A stretch of DNA of 35,748 nt, taken from assembly GCA_051942245.1 (NCBI GenBank), contig JAVECL010000211.1:1-35748 (forward strand). The letters are read 5' to 3'. The stretch's first letter is position 1; the number at the start of each line of letters is the position of its first letter. Below, one piece after another: positions 9,834-22,003 of this stretch. The position numbers and the translations under genes were made by a program. This DNA comes from Trypethelium eluteriae. Taxonomy: Eukaryota. The notes beneath the pieces are model-generated. The model searched no databases and was not told where the DNA came from. It saw only the letters and a program-made list of their open reading frames with translations.

Positions 9834-12531
9834 CTACTTCATCATACTGTTGTACCGTTCCTGAGCCTTCTCCCTCGTCTTCTCCAGGAACTCATTGTAA
9901 TTGCCCCTGGTGTTCCTAGCAGCTTCCTTGGCAGCATCTCCTACCTTCCCTCCTTCCGCACCGAGTCCAACGCCTTCACGATACATCTCCGTCTCAATCG
10001 GCGCTGTCCTGCCTTCACCCGTCGCGCCCAATCCTTGACCTTCGACGTAGCCCATCTTGCCCAGCAGAGATGCGCCCTTGGATGGTGCGGCTGCAGTCTC
10101 ATCGGAAGATGGAGAGCGTTCCGTCGACGCTGCTTGTTTCTTCTTGAATCCCATTTTGATCGGCGCAAACTTCGGTTGATTGTATACCTGGCGACGCTCC
10201 GCTGCACGATCGCGATAGGCTGGCGTTTGGGAGATCGCGGAGTGGAGCTTCGGTACAAATTTTCTTACTCGCGCCAACGCCATCAACCTGGTTCTTGCAT
10301 CTTTCAGATTCTTTTGATGCAAGGCACTGAGGCGCTCATGTTTGATGGTTTCTGATATTGTTTGAAATTTCCTCATGCACAAATAACAACATTTCCTGTT
10401 GGGGTCCCCATACTCTAGAGAAGGAGAATCGTCCACTTCTGTATCCGGCGGAGGAATTGGATCCGAGGAAGGGTTAGTAGAGTATTGCCTGTCGTTTTTT
10501 TCACCGTTCTCAGGTTTGACGCCGTGCAGCTCTGCACGTCGGTCTTGCCAGAATTGCAAATGCGACGGGATGGTCTATTAAATATAAGCGCAACACTCAG
10601 ATCACTTTCTTCCCCTGTACTAACCTTTTTCTTGGCTGCCGTTACCTCACCCTCAGCCTTGCGCTTCTTCGACTTTGTCTCTTTGTCTTTTACGTTCTGT
10701 AATGTGCCTTGGTCATTTGTCACTGCAGCAACTGGATTGGCATTTGGATGTTCGGATCGAACAGAAGGTTCGGAAGCTGAAAGAGCTACAGTGAATTCAC
10801 GAGCAAAGGCCTCGCGGTTCCAGTATTTCAGCAGTTGTGACGGATTTGCAGCTGATTTGAACGCATAATCCGGGTTCGCCTCGGAAGCAGGCATGAAAAC
10901 TCCTGAGTGAGCATATGCGAGCGTAATAGGTTTCGAGGAAATAGTGATGGTATCCAACGCTTTGAACTTCGCCATCGCCGCTTTGGCGTCCTGGAGTTTC
11001 ATTAATTCATATAAAATGTTTTATGAAGGGGCCAACGTACCTCAGCTGTGAAAAATTCTGCAAATCCATATCTGCAACTCTGCCAATTGTGTTTACTCCG
11101 GATGAACAGGACGCGCCGGAGGGAGCCCACCGGAGCGCCCAAATTGGCTGTGGACGTAGTGGAAATGACTTTGGCTTTGGGTTTGGTGGAGGCGGCATCA
11201 GAAGTCCCTGAGGTGCCAGCACCTTTATAAAGCTTCTCCAAACCTTTGGCCAGAACTTCCTCTGTTACATTTCCTGCGAGCTGACGAACAAGAAGATATT
11301 GGGAAGGGGTCCCGTCGGGCGAGGCGTCTTTGTCGCCCACTTCAGCTCGATTTTGGACTGTAAATTTTCTTTCCCTTGTAGGATCTGTTGCAATTACATT
11401 AGTATTTCAAATCTCGACTCGGGTGGGTGGAGTTCAACGTACGGTCTGCGTGGCATTGCCCGCATCTATGGCCTTGAACCGGTTGATCACACTTTAAATT
11501 TCAGCAGATTCAGTATGGTGCCAGCGAATCCACGTACCTCAGCGCATATCCATTCATTCTCTGAGGAATTCTCGAGTCTCTCTATCTCTAAGAGTCTCTC
11601 TATCTCTGAGAGTCTCTCCATCTCTCTGAGTCTCTCCATCTCTGAGGGTCTTTCCTTCACCTGCCGACTATACGCAAGACCAACTTCTTGAGTCTCACCG
11701 GTACCATCTCTTCGATATTCTCCAAGCCAGATGCTTGGGAAGTTGTCATTCATAAAGGCCTGTGACATGTCTACATCCGGAAAGGTGATAAAAGCGTACG
11801 TACGGCCTTGGATAATCAGTATGCTTTCGTGATTTGAAACAATAGACTGACCATGCTTCCTATCACGGATAACTCGAACGTCTTCGAGGAAGCGAACATC
11901 ATAACTGGACTCGAGTTCTCTGGCAATCTGAGGTACAATTGTGTGAGTGACTGCACAAGAGCATTTGCCTTGTCGAACATGAGGGGAAGAATTTGCGGAC
12001 ATCGTTCTCTGTCATGCTACTTGGAAACCCATCCAACTTGATTTCTCGACATGGCCTTCCCATGCCAGGTGAACGGCTGCGACTCCGTCCACGTCGACTG
12101 CAACTCCGACTCCGGCTCCGACTCCGGCTCGAATATGACGAACGATAGCCGCCGCGGCCCCTAGAAGGATATTCATTGTCATCGTACGGTAGACTTGACC
12201 TTCTACCATAGCGGCGATCATAGCCTCGGGGATAATCGCGGTCCCTTCGATCATTCCAGCCGCGTCTCACATCATGCGGTGCCATGCCGGCGGCTTCTCG
12301 GGGGAGAACGCGGTAGTCCTCTACGTTTATCATTAGCCATCCTTTAAGAGCAGCAGAGGACTAGGGTTGTTTCTTTGGACGACCGTACTCACCACTTGGG
12401 GGTGATCGGCGTCGTAGCGGCGGAGAGCGACTTCTGTAGTACTCACGATCAAAGTCTCTATCGCTATCTCGCCGAGCACGAGGAGGACCAGGACGGAAGC
12501 TGTCACCGCCAGGTGCTCGGTACGAACTCAT
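9834..12531 (-). CDS. RBM5/RBM10-like RNA-binding splicing factor (RS region, RRM, RanBP2-like zinc finger, RRM, C2H2, G-patch)
   Basis: Eight exons; introns 12392-12321, 12000-11928, 11851-11807, 11537-11492, 11442-11385, 11040-10991 and 10624-10575 are all GT-AG and in frame. Motifs: RTYAFITF and RYGFAEF (RNP1), WICAEC..CGQC, CYLCMRKF..HERLSALH, YRDRAAERR, KGASLLGKMGYVEGQGLG..GVGLG. Confidence 0.92.
11574..11645. repeat. Coding minisatellite, 4 x 18 bp
   Basis: Units GAGTCTCTC(T/C)ATCTCTNN; the minus strand encodes SEMERL/REMERL/SEIERL/LEIERL. Confidence 0.9.
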
Positions 12532-12771
12532 CTCGAAGGGTTTCGTAAATGTTGTCTCAAAGTGAAGAGCGTGGAAGTGAAAGAGCAGAAAGAGAGCGGA
12601 AATGTTTTGGGGTCCCCGCGTATGATGTTCCTGGGCCAAGGGTCTGGTGGACCCTGCGCGAAGCTCACACGTCACCTAGATCTTCGAGGGCCGAGGGGAC
12701 TACGGGTCGTTGGATATAAAGAACTTTGTATCCCACAGAATACTCCCGTGCCCTGAGCTATCTCAGTCAGA

Positions 12772-14482
12772 ATGTTCCACCAGGGAGACCTTCAAAGTGG
12801 AATCACACGAGCTATTCAGGAGGGCAAGGTAGTCACATGTTTCGTGCGAGGTGAGCGCTCGCAGCTTCCGTGCAATCCCTCCCGTCTGCTCTGTGTGATA
12901 GGTCTAATGAACCAAGGAAGATGATGGAGTAGAAAGCCGCACCTGGAAAGATGACTATCTTGCCAAGCAACCTGTAAGCTGGTCTTGACTTTTTGTTTTC
13001 CCGTCTCTAACCAACTGCTCATATAGCTCTCCGACTTTCTGGAATCTAGATCAGTTGTGTTGCAGATCAATCTTGGCTCGCAAGAAGCTGCTTTCTTGTC
13101 TGCGTTTTGTCCTATTACCCAAGCGCCCACATTGGTGGTGATCCAGTAAGTACGCGGGAGAATGGAAGGATTGCACCCAGACTAAAGTGTTTGAAATGCA
13201 GCAATGGACAACTTCGAGCAGTACTCATGGGCAGCCTCACCTATGATGATCTCTTCCTGCGCCTTACCGACGCCATCGAACCAGAGACTGTCCCAGGCAC
13301 AGAGTCGCATCAGAGCGGGTCATCAAGAGTCCCGTCGGCCCCCCAAACGACTCATCAGAGCAGTCTTCCAACCCAAGAATCAACTCCTTCAACAAACGAG
13401 GCCCTAACCCCTTCAGAATCTGCTAGTCCTCAATCTTCCTCCCCACAGCCCTCTTCCACGGTACAGAAACTCCTGCAGGAACGCAAAGAACGTTTGGAAG
13501 CTGAGCGTAAAGTCCGCGAAGAGAACGAAAAGGCAGAGCGTGTCGCCAAGGCTAAAGCAAAGCGTGAGGCAGTAGAGCAACAGACCGGTCCGCGATCTGC
13601 GGAAGTCGACTATGCAGCTCAAGAGCGGAAACGAAAACAGCAGGACCGTGCAGAACGGGAGCGGGTACGCAAGCTGGTTGAGAACGACAAGCTCGAAAGG
13701 CAGGAGCGCGAAGCAAGACGAAAAGGGGAATTGGCGGCAGGACGAGGGTTACGCCAGGCTGGATCTCAGCCTCGAGCCGGTCCGTCGTCTTCAGCAGCCA
13801 GGCCTGCAGGCGTCTGTGCGGTTCAAGTCCGTCTTTTTGATGGCTCTACGATCCGCAAACGATTCGATTCGCCTTCCACCCAGACCTTGTCGTCTTCCAT
13901 ACGCACCTGGGTGGATTCGCATCTGAAGTCGACAGCCGGGGCAAAAAGTTCTGCCATCCCACCATACACATTTAAGCATGTCCTGACGCCTTTACCGAAC
14001 CGCACGCTTGAAGTTGGGGAAGAAGAGAAGACGCTTCAAGAACTGGGCCTAGCGCCTACAGCAACTTTGGTTCTGGTGCCGGTACAAGGTTATACAGACG
14101 CTTATGCTAGCTCTGGTGTTTCGGGTTGGCTATCATGGTTATACGGGATGGTTGCTGGTGCGTTCTTCTTTATTCTCAACGCGTTAAGGGGAATAGTGGG
14201 AATGATTGGTGGTCCAGGCACCGCGAGCCCCCCGGAGTCAGGTGCATCAAATGAGGGCTCTGGAGCGACGCAGTCAGGGAATTTGGAGAAAAGAAGTGAG
14301 GGCAGGCCATCGACAAAGATGAAAACTTTGAGGGATACCAAGGATGAGAAAGACGAGAAACAATTTTATAATGGGAATCAGGTATGTGTATACCATTTGC
14401 TGAAGCCGTATTGCGAAATTGATGGGCTGTGCAGCTGAACTTCGAACCGAGACCAGAGGACAAAGACAAAAAGGATGAATAA
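12772..14482 (+). CDS. UBX-domain Cdc48/p97 adaptor (UBXN4/Ubx7-like: thioredoxin-like N-terminus, coiled coil, UBX, hydrophobic segment)
   Basis: Start MFHQGDLQSGI at 12772. Introns about 12851-12920, 12973-13026, 13146-13201 and 14382-14434. UBX motifs VQVRLFDGSTIRKRF and TLQELGLAPTATLVLVP; C-terminus QFYNGNQLNFEP. Confidence 0.9.
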
Positions 14483-14950
14483 GCCCGACCCCTGGATTTG
14501 CACGAGCGGAATGCATTGCTTTACGACATTGACGAGGGCCTGCGGCTTGAGTGTCTACTGTAGAACGATTGGAAGTGCTCCAAACCTCATCAGGCAGAGT
14601 AGAATAGCTAATAACACAATGAAAACCGGCCTGGTATTCTGTTTCAATCTGTAAATTACAATTATTCCGCTATTGCTCTTTACTGGTCACAGGCCTTTGG
14701 GGGTTGTTCGGTGGCAAGAGCGCAGATCCACCCACTGAGTGTGAGCAAGTGGACGGGCTACAGATTTCTCACACGAACGCGTATTTTGAAGACAAGAAGT
14801 CAAGAAAGTGGACGCAAAGTATTGAGTAGGGTGTTGATGCCATTAGACGCTAGCTAGGACGATCCAGCAATTGTTGCTAATGCCTTTTGCCATGATTCTA
14901 TACAATACCCCACGCTTTGAATACTCGAACTCACCCCCTCTCCCACCTAC

Positions 14951-15518
14951 CTAGTATTCTCTAGCAGCAGCCTGGCACGCCTTCAACTGATCGAGATACC
15001 ATCCGCAAATGCTCATATTTCCGTTTTGCTCATCCATGCACTTCCGGAAGCTCCGCACATCGTTCTCGCACGCAGCGGGCGCTTGCTGCGTGTAAGCGTA
15101 CTGTCCATTATCGTAGGCAGCTGGGGCTTGCTGCTGCTGTTGTTCCGCAGGAGCTTCAGAGGAACCACCACCGAAGAATCCGCCGATGGCGTGGCCGATG
15201 GAAGAGCCGACGGCAACACCACTACAAGGTCAAATATTAGCTAGTTCTTCAAGGAGGGTGGCAACATATTGAAGTTGGAGCAGGGATGTGCTCGGTTCGC
15301 GATGGCTGGAGTAGGACTTACGCAGCAGTGCTGGCCATCTGACCAAAAAGCCCAGAACCTGAGCCACCCTGCTGCTGAGGCGGGTGCTGTTGCTGTTGGG
15401 GAGGATGGGCCATGGTGGAGGATTGACGAGCTGGGGGTTGCTGGGGAGGAGCTTGAGGACGAGCCGGTGCAGGCGCTGGGCGCCGAGGAGCGGAACTGCC
15501 TCTGCTGCTTCGGGGCAT
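14951..15518 (-). CDS. MIX17: Mitochondrial intermembrane-space twin CX9C protein Mix17/CHCHD2-CHCHD10 family
   Basis: Start MPRSSRG, intron 15321-15222, GLFGQMASTAAGVAVGSSIGHAIGGFFGG, and CENDVRSFRKC...ICGWYLDQLKAC. Confidence 0.93.
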
Positions 15519-15774
15519 ATTGCTTGATTGTATGATTTGATGAATTTGCGATGGAAGGAATGCTGAAACGTCAATGTCGCTACAGACAGTGGTGGAGGAA
15601 AGAAGTTGAAAGAGGTGATGATGGCAAGAAGAACGCGCCAGAAGAGCTCGGGCCGCGGACATGAATGCCCGTGCAGATCTTGAAGACTTCCATCTCCGTC
15701 CAACGAACGTCGATAATTTACTTAGTTCTCGTCATATATGAGACACGAGGACATCTCTTGCTTAAGATATCAGT

Positions 15775-16278
15775 ATGGCGCAGTTTAGAGCGAAGAAGCT
15801 CGACCTGGGCTGTTTTGTCAACGCACGCGTCATTCGAGACCATACCAAGCGCAAGGTCTTTGAGCAATTCGAACCCCAAAGGTCTGCCCTCCTTAACTCT
15901 AAGCCAGACTTTATTTGGTCATCCAGAGTGTCTAGAGTCAATTTCTAAATGTTTGCTAGACAAGCTCTGAGATATATCATCCGAAATACCACTCTTCCCC
16001 AAAGGACTCGCGCTCAAGCCCAACTCCAGCTATCTCAGATGCACTGCTACACAAACCCGACGCAGATTAAGAATCGTTGCATAATGGGGGGCAAAGGACG
16101 CTGGGTTATACGGGATTTTCGGATGGCTAGGGTATGTGGTTGGGATCTACGAGTTGGCTTCGAAGCACTCTGGCACTATTTTGTGGGATGGAGACTAACG
16201 AGCCCCTTTCTACAGTACCAATTTCGACTTAACGCTCTGGAAGGCAACATTCCTGGAGTGAAGAAGGCTAGTTGGTAA
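15775..16278 (+). CDS. MRP2: Mitochondrial ribosomal protein uS14m
   Basis: Reads MAQFRAKKLDLGCFVNARVIRDHTKRKVF...QIKNRCIMGGKGR...YQFRLNALEGNIPGVKKASW*. Introns 15882-15959 and 16132-16215. Confidence 0.95.
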
Positions 16279-16986
16279 TCGGAACGGAAGTGAGGAACCG
16301 TCCATTTGCGCAGTGGAAATTTGGGGGAGGACTTCAGGATGGGGAAATATCTTCGCCATATCGGTCAAGTTTTGGATCATTGGGGAGAGGTGAAGACGAG
16401 CCTTTGCGCCAGATATCCAGAATCGGAGGCTTTGTGGAAGAGAAGACAGATAGGGCAATCACGTTTCCTGAGGACCCGCCGCCGATGAACCCAAAAATAT
16501 CTATTTGGGTCGGCATTTGCCGCTCAGGAGAGACGAAGGTCTTGTATTGCTCACTAAGAAATGGATTTTGTACGAGTATTGCGTCTAGACTCCAACTCAT
16601 CAGCAAGGCTGAGCTTTCTTCTACCGAGATCGGCCCGCTTACCGCTATCTTGAAAATTCCAAAGTAAGCGTTTGCTTGGGTGAGCTGCAAATAGAAGTTT
16701 GCTATCGAGCATATCCTCCGTGTGTTTGACCGGCAGCTTCCTGGTATCTCACACAACTTGCAGTTTATTCTCCATGTCCACACTTAGTATTGCTCTGCTT
16801 TCATTGTCACACCCGCGTCGATAAGCAAGCAAACGGTTGAGCGACAATTTCTTTACTTTCATTTTGAACTGGTACCTCCATTCGTAAACTTCCGAAGCCA
16901 CTAGAATTCCCATGGTCACTTCGATTCCTTTGTCGCTTCACCTACTTGGTGCATAAATCCAAGTGGTGAGATCTGAATTGATCAAA

Positions 16987-18540
16987 ATGTTTGCACGCTC
17001 GAGTACAAACTTCCTGCCAGATGCGCCTTTCAAGCCTGATCTAAAAGAGCTTGGGTAAGCCTCGCACCTGGATTCTCAATGAATCTGTGTATCGTTTCAG
17101 TGCTAAATACAGGCTTCACAGTTACTTCATTACCGATGATGGCGACCTCAGGTCTATTAGAGACCCCTCCAAAGGTTTCCACTATGCTATCAACAAGGTC
17201 TCTCGCTGGAATGATGTCAACCGTGAAGCTATGCGCAGTGAGTCCTCTGACGCAATAACCCTTAGTCTGCCGAGAACTCAATGTTGACAACACGAATCAT
17301 CAGTCTGCATGCGAGCTGAATACCACCGTCGTTTCGAGAGTGAAGGCATCGCCCATTTCTTTCTTCCTCAAATGACAACCACCAAACCCAGCGATCCCCA
17401 TGTACCAATTCTCACGACCCCACTAGACGCTCTTCGTAAGAAGACGCAGGTTCTAGTCATCGTAAATGGCCACATGCAAGACCTCGGCGTCTGGGCTTGG
17501 CGTCTTCTCGAGCATGAACATGGCAGTCTCAACGGTACAGCGCTTGGCCTGGCTAAGAAACTGAATCACTGTGCGAAGGAGCAACCTGGAATGATCGTTG
17601 CAAACCTCGGACAGCTGCTTTTCTCTCATAAGTACCAATGCGCTGTCACTCGCGATAGTTGGAATAGCTTGCCACGCGCATCTGCAGTTCATCCATCTCC
17701 AAAGATTCATCCCGAGCACAACATCATCCCCGGGAACGAAAATCCTGAAGCTCACCTTCGTTTCATCCTCGAAAACGTCGTGCTGAACCCTGATCTTGTA
17801 GCCAAGGATGCAGAGATCTACGTGGTGGGATTGAGCCGAAGCGCCGACGTACTGATTGAGCTATTCAATTCTGAATGTAGGAAGAATGATTGCATTTCCC
17901 TGAAATGTGAATTTAGAGGCTAACCAGTATAACAGGGTCAAAATATTCGCCTCGTATCACTGCCATTGGTTTGACATCGCCTTCTACTATGCCGGAGCGT
18001 ATTACGAACTCAGATTTTAAGACGTTCCTGGCTGAGCGTGCTCGATCTTGGGAGTCCGCATATGCACCCCTCAATGTCTGCACTGATCGACCGGAACCAA
18101 CTGTGAGTCCTGCTGTCAACAGTTCCTCTGCTTCAACAAACACCGGCGATACAGACCCAGGGCCGCAGTGGGGTCTCGGAGATGACGGACCGATTCAACA
18201 ATTGAAGCTGTGTCCGACTTTCTCCGGTGGGGACGAATTCATAGATGAGCTTGTCTTCCCGCGTGTTTACCCTCACGTGGTGGACTGGTTCTTCAACGAA
18301 GTCGGGATAAACCCAGCAGGCTACAAAAACCCTGAGCTCGAGATCTTTAAGACTAATGAAGAAGTGGGCCAGAGTGATCAATATGATGGAGCTAGCGAAC
18401 CGCTTAACAACGTTGGGGCAGGCCCAGATTTGTCCGTGGTCAATGAGCCGGTAGTCGATGAAGAGGCGAACAGTGAACCCATGGGCCCTCCCAGAATCGT
18501 TGTGGAGGATGCAGAGGCTGATATAGGAGATCTAGCATAG
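16987..18540 (+). CDS. Arb2-domain (FAM172-like) protein
   Basis: N-terminus MFARSSTNFLPDAPFKPDLKELG|YFITDDGDLRSIRDP, then PHVPILTT, QDLGVWAWR, GMIVANLGQL and IPGNENPEAH. Three GT-AG introns at about 17055-17121, 17238-17303 and 17877-17935. Confidence 0.8.
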
Positions 18541-19586
18541 GATCTTACGAGGCAGGCAAGTATAGGATATGACGAACCTCATTATAGTCAGACAGCGAGC
18601 GAACGCTGAGGATGAAGGTGGCTATCTTCATGTCATGTAAGGGAATGGCGTGGAGGAAATGGGTAGTAGATTTTGAGCCAATCTACACAAATCCCTCCGG
18701 CGACTATAGATAGGAAACCCGGTCTCGGAGCATCGAACAGTCTCTTTGTCTAATGTTTGAAATTTGTCGATTGCCTTGTGATTTATTGACGACGTTTTGA
18801 CCGATCTCCCTAATTTCAGGAGGTGGAGATTTCCCGCCTCACCTCCTCCTCTGCGCATCTTGCTCACCTTCTTCCATCACCGGAAAGCCCGAAAATCCAT
18901 GACGTCTTGCGAGTTGATGCTGATGTCCATTGCGTATCTCGGAAGCCTGGAGCTCGCATCGAAGCAACATCCTTCCGAACCTTGACGCATCAACCTACCC
19001 TCTAGTTCTCGTAACCATGCTCCTTCCCGCATCACAGTGCGCAGTTTAGGTTTCGGCTGTCAAGAAGTATTGCACACGTAGGACACGAACTTCAATGTCT
19101 ATCATTGCTGGTCAGGTATCATGACTACCTTGATTACTTCTCGAAACAATGATATGAACCCGCACAGTAAAGATAATCTGATGAGCCGCCTCCTGCTAAA
19201 GTCACATGGCGGTTGGAGTGGACGTAAAAATGGATCTGCAATCATCTCATCTGAGGAAATGACGGTTGCACAACTTTCAGTAAGCGAATGCACTGCAAGT
19301 AATCCTTGAATTCACTGAAAGTTTGCATGAATGATTCGGTAAGATAAGATTTCGGGTTGCTCAGAATGGAACTCCTGTATTAAGGTTCAGCAATGTTTCC
19401 AGCCCCCCTGCACCGTTGTCACTGCTTCACTCAATCCATCATTGCTTCTATTTCTATCAGACCCCTCTAAAACTTGTTTTATGAGCGGCCCTACCCTTTT
19501 TCCACATATTCTTCTCCCAACTCTTTCCCTGCCCCGTCTTCAGCATGATAACCTCTTCTCCGCTTTGGGCCCTGATCCCCGGCGTT

Positions 19587-21150
19587 ATGGAAGGTCTTTT
19601 TTTGGCATTGCTGCTGCCAGTCATGGCTTCCGCGATCCGTTGCCCGGATATGGCTACGATTCAAGGCCAGCTAGGTCAGCAATTGTCAAGTTCTTGCTCA
19701 ATCAGTGATACAATTCTTCCCCGATGGAGTGAGTACGGAGCGCCGCAACCACAATTTGTGATCAACGTTTCCACCGCAAACGACATCTCCGCTACAGTTC
19801 GTATAGATACCGAATTTTGTGGTCTTTACTGGCTAATCTATGTGGTAGGTGAAGTACTGCAATCAACAAAATATCAGCTTTGTTGCCCAAAATGGAGGCC
19901 ATGGCTGGGCAGATACGTTCCATCTTGGTAAGCTGATTTCTCTCGTCTAGGATCTTTTCTAATGTTTGGTTTTCAGGTCAATGCGGAATCGTTATTAACC
20001 TTGCGGGTCTCGATAACATCACTTTCAATGCCAATAAGACCGAAGTCATCATTGGAGGCGGTGTGTCGGTTGGAGCATTGAACAATGCTGCCTACAACAA
20101 CAGCGCACGAGTTGCGGCCGCCACTTGTAGTTGCATAGGATTCCTGGGCGCTACTTTAGGAGGAGGACTCACTCGGGTCGCCGGTCTGTACGGCATGGGT
20201 GTCGATCAGCTTCTGTCTGTTGACGTTGTCATGGCATCTGGAGATCTTATGCGCGTCGATTCTACCAATGAAGATCTCTTCTGGGCAATTAAGGGAGCAG
20301 CTCCCAACTTTGGAATAGTCACTTCCGCCACTGTGAAGGCTTACCCAGTATCCCGTGCCGAGAATACTGCCTGGCAAGGACTCGTGACCTTTGCCGACGA
20401 GGACCTGGATGATTTTATTGACGCCATAAATGATCTGTATCTGGATCCCAATATGCAGGTCGATATCATACTCTCTGCCACTGCTAACGGTTCTACGTCT
20501 GTCAATGCAGTTCCTTTTTTCGTTGGTAATGCTTCTGCTGGCAAAGCTGCATTTCAGTCAATCTTTGACAGTGGTCCTATCTCAGACACGACCGGCGAGG
20601 TTTCCTATCAGAATTGGGGTGCATTTGCTGATTACGCGTGCGAAGATGGTCAGAGAAAGCCCACGTACGGAATCTCGATGAGCAATCTGGATCCCTCAAC
20701 CTGGCGCCAGGTCTATGAAGGTTTTCGGGCTTTCGTGGCCGCCAACCCTGATGCTAGAAACTCTTCAATCATTGCTGAGAATTATCCCATTAACTCCACT
20801 GCTGTCCAAAATGGGGCGAGCTCGTTTCCCTGGCGCAACGTCAAGACCCATGTTGCGGCGTATCCCTGGTACACAGATGCTGAGCTCGATTCGGCGGCGA
20901 ACGCCTGGGGATTGTCAGTTCGCAAATTGCTCCGCTCGAGCGATGGGCTCCCAGAGCATGCTAAGTATGCCTCTGTGTCTGTTTTCAGAACGTGACGGGC
21001 TTTCGTACTAACCAGGCTGTTAGCTACGTCAACTTCGCACACGGCGATGAATCTCTGCAAGATATCTATGGCACCAGTCTTCCGAGGTTACAATCATTGA
21101 AGAAACAATATGATCCCGGTAATAGGTTTAATCAGTGGTTCCCTATCTGA
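19587..21150 (+). CDS. Secreted FAD-linked oxidoreductase (VAO/PCMH, berberine-bridge-enzyme-like)
   Basis: Signal peptide MEGLFLALLLPVMASA, FVAQNGGHGW (covalent-FAD His), ATCSCIGFLGATLGGG, DLFWAIKGAAPNFGIVT, and BBE C-terminus YVNFAHGDE..LKKQYDP..RF. Three introns starting at about 19797, 19928 and 20966. Confidence 0.92.
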
Positions 21151-22003
21151 CTATGCTTGTAGGATGTTATTGCCTAGCAACTATGTATGAGTATCCAGCT
21201 GCAATCCATTGGAAAACTCATATCGCGTCAATAGTCCAATGTGTTGCGCCTATTCTCTTCGAATGGAGGTGACTGGTGATCAGACATTCGCGACTGTGGT
21301 CAGACACGAATAACCGCCTTTTAGGGAACGAAGTCTGTTCAAACACCGAGGAGGAAGAGCAGCATATTTTGGCTTTGATACTCGGTATCCGGTATCGATA
21401 TGGTTCCAGCTACCGCCGCCGACGCACTCATACTATCGTTGCCCGAATCATGACTCTGCGTGGCAGACATGGGAAGGGAGGGTTCTTGGAGAAAGGCATT
21501 GCGTATGGGAACCGACTCCGATGGATTGTAGATGACCTACTGTGCTCTTGATATGTAAATCTTTCATCTCACCGGTAGGTTTACATCGCCATGCACTGTT
21601 GTTACCGCAGTCTTCACCGGAAGGCCAAAACATCGCCGATACGTACCGACTCTGTCCATGGCCATCCTCCGTCTTGCGCTAGTGAGCACGTGGATTATGG
21701 CCAATAGATAGAATATAATCTAAAGTCGCTGCCCTGAAGGACTGTTGCCAGCAGATCGATTTTCTTTCGCGGAGAGCCGAAGTAAGAGTGGTTGCTCCAC
21801 CCTTGCAATATGCCCACACGGTCAGTGCCTAAGAAGCTGCCTACGTATGAGTAAGCGCTGTGCCTCTTCATCAATATTTCTTGCGCCGCTTTCTCTGTCT
21901 TTCTGAAAAGGCCAACTTGCTTCCTGGATCAACTGCTCTGCTTTCACTAAGACAAATAACGTTGTCGCTTTACTTTTGCAGCCTTACTCCCCATCGCCTA
22001 GTC

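Noticed and set aside
16272..16783. Overlapping 131-aa and 149-aa ORFs between MRP2 and the Arb2 gene
   Set aside because: No recognisable motifs or splice structure; probably UTR or promoter sequence.
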